Positions 55,719-64,000 of a stretch of DNA of 64,000 nt are shown here, one piece after another. The translations under genes were made by a program, and so were the position numbers. The DNA comes from an uncultured Bacteriovoracaceae bacterium (lineage in GTDB: Bacteria > Bdellovibrionota > Bacteriovoracia > Bacteriovoracales > Bacteriovoracaceae), in the NCBI GenBank assembly GCA_964012805.1, contig CAXGUD010000005.1, forward strand, positions 64,001 to 128,000, read 5' to 3'. Each line of letters starts with the position of its first letter. The first letter of the stretch is position 1. The notes beneath the pieces were generated by a model that was given only the letters and a program-made list of their open reading frames with translations, made no database searches and was not told the origin of the DNA.

Positions 55719-58556
55719 TCAAGCAGGTTTTGAACTAAGAACACCTTGAGTTGTAGAATCTCGTGGAATCTTAATGATCCAGCAGAAAGAAATCATGTCA
55801 CCATTATTTCTATCATCGTTTAAAAACTCAATTTCAATATCTCCGCCCATCCCTTTTAAAAATGATTTCACTGCGTCCATACCAACACCACGACCAGATA
55901 CATCCGTAACCTCTTTTGCCGTTGAAACACCGGACAAGAAAACCATATTTGCTAGGGTTTGAGGGTCTTCATTACCACTCTCTTTAAGTTGACCTGATTC
56001 AATAGCCTTTTCTTTAATTTTTTGTATATTAAGGCCTTGACCGTCATCTTTAACAATGATTTTGTTAAAGTTTTCCTCTTCAGATCCTGTGATTGTTATT
56101 TTCCCTTTTGAATTCTTTCCTTTTTTCTTCCTTTCCTCAGGAGTTTCTATGCCATGATCTATCGAATTCCTAACAATATGAGTAAAAATATCTTTCATCG
56201 CTGAAGATTTCTCATAATTGAATAGGATTCCACCGTCATCTAATACAACTTCTGGTACTTCTTTTTCTAAATCCTCTGCAAGTGACTCTAGTGACTTGAT
56301 TAAATTGGACAATATTTGTTCTAAATTGACTGCCGATAAATTAAATAGTCTTTGAGAAACCACCTGTAAATCTTGTCGAATTTTATTAGGGTTGTCTGGA
56401 TTTGCAGCATTAACTAAGTTTAAGATTTCATTAATATCTTCTTTAATTTTTCCACTCCCTTCTGATGCGCTACCCCCATCTCCTTTTCCTCTGCCTAACA
56501 CGTTATCATGAACATCCTCATATATTTTTAACGCATCTTCCAAGTCTTCTAGGTGTAAAATCAGTAAACTAGGGTCCCACTCCTTCTTAAGACCTTTTCT
56601 AAGCTGATCATACTCTTGCTCTGCTTCATGAGCTGCATTAGATACATAAACGAAGTCATGAGTTCTAGCATTTCCTTTTATCGTATGCATATTTCTAAAT
56701 AATTGCTCCATAACTCCAATAGGAGGCAACTCACCTTTCTCTTTTATTAACTCTGTATTCTCTTTTATGTATTTATTTGCAGAACCTATAAATTCGCCAA
56801 AGTCATCTGGTAACACTTTAAGAATTTGTCCAATCATTTCTATCTTTTTCTTTTGCTCCTCACTTTCAGCGGTAAGGGCCTTAATTTTTGTTATATCCCT
56901 GATACACACTAGTATTTTTTCTAATGTATCTTCATCGTCAACAGAGTGGATCGGGGACCACAACAGCTCTAAATATTTCTCTGAATCAGAATTAGGATTC
57001 TTAATACAGATTTCCTTTATAAGAAGCTCTTCGTTAACCTCATAGTTAAGCATGTCTTCACCAATAAAGTTTTCTACTGTCGTTCTAACTTGGGATATTT
57101 GATCACTGCTTAAAGTTGAGTTTCCAAAAAGGAACTCAATAGCATTTTTATCCGCAATATCCTTAGTTTCGAAAATTTCTTCTAAATAAGATGAGTATTC
57201 TTTGTGAATAATATTACCTTTAATTACAGTAAGAACCCCTTGCGGTAAATTATGGAGCATCGTATTTATATCTTCATTTTTTTCAGCTAACTCTCTTGTC
57301 CTTTCTTTAACCTTTTCCTCCAAGCCATCATTTAACGCTTTTAAATCAACTAGAAGATTTTGGTTTTGTATGTACGTGTTTGTGTAGTTATTTATTGCGA
57401 TTATTACAATGGCAAAAGTGGATACTCCCATACCCAAATACACTGTACCGACAGTTGGAAGGAGACCTTTGGAATTCATCAAATCATTTAAAACAGTTAA
57501 GACTAAAAAAGTTTCTCCAAAGAAAAATATCGTACCACCTTTCTTGCCCTCTCTCATGGCCTTGAAGGTCAGGTAAATCATCTTAACTGTGATGACAAGG
57601 ACAATGGCAAATAAAATATTTCGATTTAAATCAAACATTTTCCCGTGATAATTGAAGGAAAGATATATAAATAACACAGCAATAATAGATAAAACAAACG
57701 TATAAAAGCTCTCCCAAAATTTATGGAGACGAGCAAAGAACTGAGTATATTTATAATGCATCAAAAGAGTTATGGCGATACCAACGTAATGAAGAATAAA
57801 AGTTTGCCTGGGTTCGAAAAACTTTTGAACAAGATCAATAGGAAATACCAAAAAGGGAAAAGTTCCCAGACCAACCATTCCTGGAAGAAAGTAAAAGTCG
57901 TTCTTTGTTCTAAAGTAAACAGTTAGAAAGAAGATACCTGCGGCAGCTAGTATAATTCCAAAATAACCGCGAAATTCACCGCCATAGATATGCCAAAAAG
58001 CAATGCTTATGTCTTCTTTATCAAACTTTCTTAATTCAAATGGTCTTTGATAAACACCAGTCATTAAAATAGTATCTACTCTAAAGGCAATGAGGTGATT
58101 CTTTTTTGTTACTTTAAATCTTACCGGAATTGCTTGTACTGAGTAGAATCTCTCATAAGCGTTTTGCCCTGACCTGGTATAAATTTGTTTTCCATCTAAA
58201 TAAACATTCATTTCACCCATATAGGTATCAACGAGGAAAACGACTTCTTCTCCAATTAAGTTTTCAGAAAATTCAAAGTTTCCTCTATACCAACCTACTT
58301 CATAAATTTCTCCATCATTATATGCTGGCTTCCATGAACCAGGTGTTTTTATTCTTTTCCATGAGTCTGTATTTACCCCTATATTTTTATTTGAAGGTTT
58401 ATCATCCCTGGTAAAAAGCCAATTACCAGCAAGAGGAATAGGTTTGTCCAAAGAGTTTACTTTGAACAAGCAGGAATCACATTCACTCGCCTCTATACCA
58501 ATACTGAAAACAAAAATGTAAGTTAAAACTAATATCAGTTTAAATACTTTATTCAT
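55719..58556 (-). CDS. 7TM sensor with a galactose-binding-like ectodomain, PAS-like and HPt domains and a CheA-type HATPase (class III histidine kinase)
   Basis: Signal peptide, LAGNWLF..DD / KTPGSW / GWYRGNF (GH2 sugar-binding-like), 7 TM helices, LFRNMHTIKGNAR, HIVRNSIDHGIE, DDGQG and SGRGVGMDAV; no CheW domain. Confidence 0.88.
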   Translation of the reverse strand: MNKVFKLILVLTYIFVFSIGIEASECDSCLFKVNSLDKPIPLAGNWLFTRDDKPSNKNIGVNTDSWKRIKTPGSWKPAYNDGEIYEVGWYRGNFEFSENLIGEEVVFLVDTYMGEMNVYLDGKQIYTRSGQNAYERFYSVQAIPVRFKVTKKNHLIAFRVDTILMTGVYQRPFELRKFDKEDISIAFWHIYGGEFRGYFGIILAAAGIFFLTVYFRTKNDFYFLPGMVGLGTFPFLVFPIDLVQKFFEPRQTFILHYVGIAITLLMHYKYTQFFARLHKFWESFYTFVLSIIAVLFIYLSFNYHGKMFDLNRNILFAIVLVITVKMIYLTFKAMREGKKGGTIFFFGETFLVLTVLNDLMNSKGLLPTVGTVYLGMGVSTFAIVIIAINNYTNTYIQNQNLLVDLKALNDGLEEKVKERTRELAEKNEDINTMLHNLPQGVLTVIKGNIIHKEYSSYLEEIFETKDIADKNAIEFLFGNSTLSSDQISQVRTTVENFIGEDMLNYEVNEELLIKEICIKNPNSDSEKYLELLWSPIHSVDDEDTLEKILVCIRDITKIKALTAESEEQKKKIEMIGQILKVLPDDFGEFIGSANKYIKENTELIKEKGELPPIGVMEQLFRNMHTIKGNARTHDFVYVSNAAHEAEQEYDQLRKGLKKEWDPSLLILHLEDLEDALKIYEDVHDNVLGRGKGDGGSASEGSGKIKEDINEILNLVNAANPDNPNKIRQDLQVVSQRLFNLSAVNLEQILSNLIKSLESLAEDLEKEVPEVVLDDGGILFNYEKSSAMKDIFTHIVRNSIDHGIETPEERKKKGKNSKGKITITGSEEENFNKIIVKDDGQGLNIQKIKEKAIESGQLKESGNEDPQTLANMVFLSGVSTAKEVTDVSGRGVGMDAVKSFLKGMGGDIEIEFLNDDRNNGDMISFCWIIKIPRDSTTQGVLSSKPA

Positions 58557-58609
58557 TTTTTTTCCATTCCAAAATATAATTTAAAGTTACATTTAGATTC
58601 ATATTTACA

Positions 58610-58636
58610 ATATCGGATAAAGAGAAAAAAACATTA
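58610..58636 (-). promoter_or_regulatory. sigma28-like promoter for the 945-aa kinase
   Basis: TAAT-N15-TCCGATAT on the minus strand, about 55 nt before ATG 58556. Confidence 0.45.
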
Positions 58637-58789
58637 ATATTTACCTCTGATATTAAAGAAACCGAATTAGTAAAGTATAATTTTTGACATCAAAACTTCT
58701 AGTATTTTTTTTTCCCTCTTACAATTTATTTTTTTTCCCTAATAATCAAAGGAGGCTTTACTTTACTTTTTATATTTTAGGGAGCTGAC

Positions 58790-59185
58790 ATGGGTAAAAT
58801 ACTCATTATTGATGATTCTCAATCTACGAGAATGAAATTAAGAACTTTTTTGGAAACCTGCAATCATGTTTGTGTCGAAGCCGGTAATGGATTTGAAGCG
58901 CTTGAAAGGTTGAAAGAAAATCAAGATTATGACTTAATTATTTGTGATGTAAACATGCCAGAAATGAACGGCATAGAATTTATTGATAAACAAAGTCAAG
59001 ATGAAAATCTTAAGCTTATTCCTACAGTAATGTGTACTACTGAATCTTATATGGGAAGCTCTGGATCTCCTTCAAAGTTCGCACAAAAAGCTAAAGAAAC
59101 AGGTGTCGTAAAAGCATGGGTTGTAAAACCTTTCCAACCAGATAAAGTAAAAACAATTGTAGAAAGGATCGTGGAAAAGAAGTAG
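58790..59185 (+). CDS. CheY-like stand-alone response regulator
   Basis: LIIDDS, ICDVNMPEMNG, MCTTES and WVVKPF; RBS GGGAG. Confidence 0.92.
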   Translation: MGKILIIDDSQSTRMKLRTFLETCNHVCVEAGNGFEALERLKENQDYDLIICDVNMPEMNGIEFIDKQSQDENLKLIPTVMCTTESYMGSSGSPSKFAQKAKETGVVKAWVVKPFQPDKVKTIVERIVEKK

Positions 59186-59327
59186 GCCAGTGAGAGCTTT
59201 AATTGTCTAGCTGTTTCTTTCTACTTCTTTTTTTTCTCTACTCCTGAACCTTTTTTAATTCTTCATAAATTATGTTGAATTATTTTAAATAAATATCTTT
59301 AATATAACTTCGATTCCATTTTTAAAT

Positions 59328-60410
59328 TTAGCCCGCTTTCAAATAAACTTCTTTCTCTCTGTCAATTAGTTGTCCGCATCTTTCTTTAATCAAGTCTGTC
59401 TGACTCATTAAATCAATGAAATTATTTCTAATAAACCAAATATAAATATCTCTCAGTGTATCTTCTATTTTTCTAGGTTGAAAGCTTAATTCATTAATCG
59501 CTTTTGTATTATTTAGCTCCGCCATTGTTTTAAGTGCTGCGAGTGATTCTGTTGTAACTGATGCTTCTCTTTTTAAAAGCTTACTTTTTAATTTATCAAA
59601 AGGGATCCCTAAGTATGCCATAAATAGCGGTAACTCGAATTTTGGTATACTAAGACCTGTTATCTCATGACATATTTCATATAAATCTTTTATTGAATAA
59701 AAACTCTGACTCAAAATATAGGATTCTCCAATTCTTCCTTTTGAAAAGCTATTTATAATCGTTTTTCCAATATCCCTAGCATCGACATAATGAAACCCTC
59801 CATTGATTACTACTGGATATCTATTATAAAAAATATCTAAAAAAAATTGTCCCATTCTAGAAGGCTCGAAGTCATTTGGTCCAATTATTCCACTTGGGTT
59901 TAAAATAATAGAATCAAGACCTTTTTCAATTCTTTTTCTTATTTCTTGTTCAGCAAGAACTTTTGAATAAGCATAAAAACCATGTAGTTCTCTACTTGAA
60001 AATCTCGTATCTTCACTAATAGGTTTCCTATAATCTAAAAAGTCATAAACATGTATAGAACTCATATGAATTAATCTTTTTATCTTTTTATTGAGGCATG
60101 TATCTGCTACATTAGCAGTACCAACTTGGTTTGTTCTGGTAACCAACCCCTCCTTATCACCATCGATTGAAATAATACCTGCTAAATGAACTACATAGTC
60201 AGCGCCTTCAAAAGCCTTTTCTAGCGAAGGTATATTTAATATATCTCCTAAAAAAACCTCTACCTGTAAATCTTTAAGAGACTCTTTTCCGATTGTACAG
60301 CCGGGATAAATAAGAGCTCGTACAATATAGCCATTGTCTATTAATTCTCTTATGACATTATTACCTAAATGCCCTGTAGCTCCTGTAACAACTACAATTT
60401 TCCTTTCCAT
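59328..60410 (-). CDS. NAD-dependent epimerase/dehydratase (dihydroflavonol-4-reductase-like)
   Basis: TGATGHLG, HLAG, SSIH, YAYSK and NPSGIIGP.D. Confidence 0.85.
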   Translation of the reverse strand: MERKIVVVTGATGHLGNNVIRELIDNGYIVRALIYPGCTIGKESLKDLQVEVFLGDILNIPSLEKAFEGADYVVHLAGIISIDGDKEGLVTRTNQVGTANVADTCLNKKIKRLIHMSSIHVYDFLDYRKPISEDTRFSSRELHGFYAYSKVLAEQEIRKRIEKGLDSIILNPSGIIGPNDFEPSRMGQFFLDIFYNRYPVVINGGFHYVDARDIGKTIINSFSKGRIGESYILSQSFYSIKDLYEICHEITGLSIPKFELPLFMAYLGIPFDKLKSKLLKREASVTTESLAALKTMAELNNTKAINELSFQPRKIEDTLRDIYIWFIRNNFIDLMSQTDLIKERCGQLIDREKEVYLKAG

Positions 60411-60484
60411 GTTAACCTAATCGGTTATAATTATTTTTTCTTACGATTTTAATATGTTGTTTTAAAAATATAGGTAATTTAAAA

Positions 60485-61048
60485 ATGATTAATAATTATT
60501 TATACCATCCTAAAGAAATTTCTTTTTGTGGTTATTCTGGATCAGGCAAAACGACCCTTATATGCACAATCTTAGATGAGCTAAACTCAGAATATAAAAT
60601 TGGTTACATAAAGCATGATGCGCATAATTTTCAAATGGATAAACCTGGAAAAGACACATACGAAGCTCGAAAATCTGGTGCAAATACAGTTTTTATATCA
60701 AACGAATCTGAGTATGCACTCTTAGGAAACAGCCCAATATCCCAAGAAATTATTAAAAGAATATTTCAAGATTTTGACTTTGTAATTGCTGAAGGACATA
60801 AGAGAACTCCTCTTCCAAAAATTCTTATGCTTAATGATCAAGAAGATATTATTGCATTAATTGAAAGTATTAACATCGAAGGCCTTTTAGGTTTTTGTGG
60901 AAAGGAATCTTTCTTAGAACCTACGATTTTAAAAAAAATTCCAAATAACTATAATTCGTTAAAATCACTGCCTTATTTCCAAAGAGATGATATAAAAAAT
61001 ATTTCTAGATTTATTCTAAAAAAATTTCAACCACTAATTACAAAATAA
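60485..61048 (+). CDS. mobB: Molybdopterin-guanine dinucleotide biosynthesis protein B
   Basis: GYSGSGKTTL Walker A, IKHDAH.F.MD.PGKDT and VIAEGHK. Confidence 0.88.
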   Translation: MINNYLYHPKEISFCGYSGSGKTTLICTILDELNSEYKIGYIKHDAHNFQMDKPGKDTYEARKSGANTVFISNESEYALLGNSPISQEIIKRIFQDFDFVIAEGHKRTPLPKILMLNDQEDIIALIESINIEGLLGFCGKESFLEPTILKKIPNNYNSLKSLPYFQRDDIKNISRFILKKFQPLITK

Positions 61049-61098
61049 GGTTTTAATCTTAACCACAATGTTTAAAATTAATTTACTTCATCTAAAAA

Positions 61099-61848
61099 TT
61101 ATTTGTAATTGAAATAAGAATCACCAAAAAAAGGCTTTAAAGAACCGCCCTCAGGCTCTCTCCAATAAAGAAGAGTTGGACCGCTTGCCTTGATTAATTG
61201 TAAATCTTTATCGTAGTATAGATAAAGAGACTCCGTAAACAAGCGTATTAAGAAACTAGAAGGCTCAAAAAGAATACAAAGAGATGCTCTCTTATAACAT
61301 CTTGGATCTTCTTTTGTCTTAAGACTAAAAGTAAACGAGATATTAGTTTGTAAATTAGGTATCACAAGTTCAACTTCTTGAGGCCCCTTTAGGATTGCAG
61401 AATAGTTGTCCCGTACATAATCGAGAATCATTGGTGGCAGAATAAAGTTCTTTCCCCACTTTAATTTATTAATTGTACTTTCTTTTCCTTCTCTATATAG
61501 CATCTCTAAATGACTATTTTTTTTTAAAGAAAATTTTGCATGCTGATCTACCTGAAATTGTCCTAGCTCATATCTGAAAGAACCTTTTTCATTTAAAATT
61601 ATTTTTTCCTCAGCAATAACTTGCCCCTCTTTATTTTTGAAATAGATTACAAATGAGCTTTCCTTTTCTTTTTTTATCAACCATTTCTCAAAATGAAAAA
61701 TAATGTTATTTTTGATAAGTTGAGTTTCCCCCCTTTTAAATAAATCTGCCTTCATTAAGAGAGACTTCTGAGAAGAATTAGAATAAGATTTAAATTGGAG
61801 AGAAAAAAAAATAACCATGACGAAAACTATTTTTTTCAACATTGACAC
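61099..61848 (-). CDS. Hypothetical exported protein
   Basis: Signal-peptide-like N-terminus and a beta-rich body; no family recognised. Confidence 0.6.
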   Translation of the reverse strand: MSMLKKIVFVMVIFFSLQFKSYSNSSQKSLLMKADLFKRGETQLIKNNIIFHFEKWLIKKEKESSFVIYFKNKEGQVIAEEKIILNEKGSFRYELGQFQVDQHAKFSLKKNSHLEMLYREGKESTINKLKWGKNFILPPMILDYVRDNYSAILKGPQEVELVIPNLQTNISFTFSLKTKEDPRCYKRASLCILFEPSSFLIRLFTESLYLYYDKDLQLIKASGPTLLYWREPEGGSLKPFFGDSYFNYK

Positions 61849-61895
61849 GGGATACCTTTTATTCGCTTTAATAATACGATTTAATTAGAATCAAT

Positions 61896-63032
61896 ATGCC
61901 TTCACATATTAAACCAACCATTCATCAGTTTCAAATAATACGTCCCAAGTTTGTGCTAAAACAGGCAGATTCTATTGATTGGCTTAGCAAAGCTCATTCA
62001 CTAGTTGAAAAAGATGAGCTAGATTCTCCAAAGGCACTGCACCTTAAAAGAAGGTATTCACATTACGGGTGTTCCGAAAATAAAATATCTACTAGAGGTA
62101 CTGAAATAGAAGATTTCACACATCAGCAATGGGATAAAATGGAACTATTCCATGTTAATAATCCGAAAAAAATCAATCTTGATGAAAGAATGCGTTTTTA
62201 TGATGAAAAAGTTTCTTCGGTTTTTGAAAAGCTCTCTCTAATAGATTCGCCCAATGAACTTACTCCCCAAAACATACTCCATGTAACATGTACAGGGTAT
62301 TTATCTCCTAGCCCAGCACAAAACTGGGTACATCAACAAAAATGGGGTAAACATTGCCAAGTAATTCATCTTTACCATATGGGTTGTTATGCTTCCATCC
62401 CAGCAATTCGAGTTGCGAAAGCTCTGGTTCAAGAAAAAGGAGGGAGCACTCTCATTAAACATAATGAACTATGCACACTTCACTTTAGCCCATGGGACTC
62501 TTCTCCTGAACAATTGGTTATCCAAAGCCTTTTCTCAGATGGTCATATAGGTTATTTGGTAACTAAACCAACAGAGCCAATTTCAGGACTTGAGATCCTA
62601 TCAGATAGAGAAATGATTATTCCAAATAGCAATAAAGATATGTCATGGTCACCAGGTACTCATGGCTTTTCCATGAACCTCTCTCCTTTAGTTCCTAAAA
62701 AAATTACAGAGCACCTACCTTATTTTTTAAGAGAATGGCTTACGCTAGAGAAATATGACTTTGAAACTATTTCAAAAGAGGCTTTTTTTGCTATACATCC
62801 AGGAGGACCTAAAATAATTCGCAATTTACAAGAAGCCCTTAACCTCCAACAATGGCAAATTTCCCACTCCACTAGAATTCTTCATCGCTATGGAAATATG
62901 AGCTCCGCTACACTTCCCCATATATGGGAAAGAATGCTTCACTCCAATGAGCTTCCCAAAGGCTCTCTCATCATATCTCTTGCATTTGGCCCAGGTATTT
63001 CAATACATGGAACCCTATTTAGAAAGGTATGA
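61896..63032 (+). CDS. Type III polyketide synthase (chalcone-synthase-like)
   Basis: HVTCTGY, catalytic motifs HMGC, HPGG and GNMSS, plus ELCTLH, LFSDG and AFGPG. Confidence 0.92.
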   Translation: MPSHIKPTIHQFQIIRPKFVLKQADSIDWLSKAHSLVEKDELDSPKALHLKRRYSHYGCSENKISTRGTEIEDFTHQQWDKMELFHVNNPKKINLDERMRFYDEKVSSVFEKLSLIDSPNELTPQNILHVTCTGYLSPSPAQNWVHQQKWGKHCQVIHLYHMGCYASIPAIRVAKALVQEKGGSTLIKHNELCTLHFSPWDSSPEQLVIQSLFSDGHIGYLVTKPTEPISGLEILSDREMIIPNSNKDMSWSPGTHGFSMNLSPLVPKKITEHLPYFLREWLTLEKYDFETISKEAFFAIHPGGPKIIRNLQEALNLQQWQISHSTRILHRYGNMSSATLPHIWERMLHSNELPKGSLIISLAFGPGISIHGTLFRKV

Positions 63033-63784
63033 CTTCTATGAAAAAACCGGAAGTTAATAACTCAATTTACTACCATCTAGGTAGAAAATGGTATGAAGCT
63101 GACGACGATCCGATAGCACTCCTAAGAGCTGAAGCTCGCTTTAGAAATCCATGGATTTTCAAACAAATGATATCTCAAGGAATGAAACAAGGTAAATCAA
63201 AACTTTTAGATATTGGGTGCGGAGGGGGCTTTCTTTCAAATTCGTTTATAAAAAAAGGAGTTCAAGTTACAGGAATTGATATCTCTGAGGACGCAATAAG
63301 TATTGCTAAGCACTATGATACAACAAAAAAAGTCCATTACTTAAAAGGAGATGCTTATAACCTTCCTTTTCTAGAAAGTAGTTTCGACTTTGTTTGTGCA
63401 ATGGATTTTTTAGAGCATGTTAATAGCCCTGAAAAAGTAATTCAAGAAGCTTCAAGAGTATTAAAACCTGGTGGATCTTTCTTTTTCTATACTTTCAATA
63501 GAAATTTTTTGTCATGGCTTCTCATTATAAAAGGTGTTGAACTTATTTTGAAAAAAACACCTCGAAACCTTCACGTTTATCATCTTTTTTTAAAACCCAA
63601 AGAAGTTCAAAACTATTGCAATAATCACAATCTTAAAATAAAAAATTTCCAAGGAGTTGGCCCCAAAGTTTTCGATTCATCTTTCTTAAAGTTCATTTTA
63701 AAAAGAAGGGTCCCTTCAAACTTTTCTTTTACTTTTAAGAATTCATTAAAAATAGGTTACCTAGGTCATGCTATTAAAGAATGA
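63029..63784 (+). CDS. UbiG-like SAM-dependent O-methyltransferase
   Basis: LDIGCGGGFL, AMDFLEHV, RVLKPGG and TFNRN; ATGA overlap with the PKS. Confidence 0.87.
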   Translation: MTSMKKPEVNNSIYYHLGRKWYEADDDPIALLRAEARFRNPWIFKQMISQGMKQGKSKLLDIGCGGGFLSNSFIKKGVQVTGIDISEDAISIAKHYDTTKKVHYLKGDAYNLPFLESSFDFVCAMDFLEHVNSPEKVIQEASRVLKPGGSFFFYTFNRNFLSWLLIIKGVELILKKTPRNLHVYHLFLKPKEVQNYCNNHNLKIKNFQGVGPKVFDSSFLKFILKRRVPSNFSFTFKNSLKIGYLGHAIKE

Positions 63785-64000
63785 GGAGTATACGCAAAAA
63801 TTCTTATTTTTTTCAAAATCTACATGGGTTCATTTAAGGATTCCTTATTCTCTATGTCTTTCCCCAGTCTTTTTTTTTTCTTTTTCAGAAATAAATGTCG
63901 GTAATAATGAAGAAAAACTCTTTCTCATTTTTATTATTTTGCACCTTTTTTTATATCCCGCAAGCCAAGCATATAACAGCTATTATGACAATGACTCTCA
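63768..64000 (+). CDS. UbiA-family prenyltransferase, 3'-truncated by the window edge (not in the ORF track)
   Basis: ATG 63768, open to the window end: MLLKNEEYTQKFLFFSKSTWVHLRIPYSLCLSPVFFFS...FIILHLFLYPASQAYNSYYDNDS. It has TM helices and the first UbiA Asp-rich motif (NxxxDxD), and overlaps the methyltransferase end. Confidence 0.75.
   Translation, partial: MLLKNEEYTQKFLFFSKSTWVHLRIPYSLCLSPVFFFSFSEINVGNNEEKLFLIFIILHLFLYPASQAYNSYYDNDS

Noticed and set aside
486..58414. Many 60-130 aa ORFs antisense to, or frameshifted within, long genes (e.g. 33582-33953, 40701-41066, 49303-49689)
   Set aside because: They are fully nested in well-supported CDSs and show no recognisable motifs.
49281..58556. 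Canonical cheA chemotaxis operon
   Set aside because: The HPt is internal after TM sensors, there is no CheW domain, and no cheW, cheR, cheB or MCP lies nearby.
60417..60443. sigma28-like motif before the epimerase
   Set aside because: The spacing is off by one, the -35 box is poor, and it lies very close to the start codon.
1..64000. CRISPR arrays, tRNA/rRNA, IS elements, prophage
   Set aside because: By eye I saw no spaced direct repeats, cloverleaf motifs, transposases or integrases; an Infernal/tRNAscan run would be needed to exclude small RNAs.

Overview
AT-rich bacterial chromosomal segment that is almost fully coding. I found no rRNA, tRNA, CRISPR array, transposase or integrase. Gene content suggests Bdellovibrionota (Bacteriovorax/Halobacteriovorax-like); this is inference, not tested. 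Lipid and secondary-metabolite loci dominate: (1) a desaturase / SAM-methyltransferase / COG2907 flavoprotein / DUF1365 / CFA-synthase / TetR / SnoaL operon resembling the furan-fatty-acid (ufaM/D/O) pathway; (2) a Bacteroidota-style mevalonate operon with no HMG-CoA synthase; (3) a complete oleABCD olefin/beta-lactone cluster placed behind a GbsR-type regulator, a FabF-like ketosynthase, an ACP and a CrtI-like flavoenzyme; (4) a type III PKS + O-methyltransferase + UbiA-type prenyltransferase operon, whose last gene is missing from the ORF track and runs off the window end. Two 7TM-anchored CheA-like (class III) histidine kinases and two stand-alone receiver proteins are also present, with housekeeping genes in between (fdhD, ydeP-like, trxB, mdh, xth, guaD, nfeD-slipin, plsC, gpmA, pdxH, mobB, RNA modification). 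Reading the DNA directly added several items: an XRE regulator that appears to start at a non-canonical ATC codon, behind a sigma28-like promoter and a five-GGA (CsrA-type) leader; a 43-aa small ORF with a strong RBS; a probable leaderless mRNA; and two long perfect inverted repeats.
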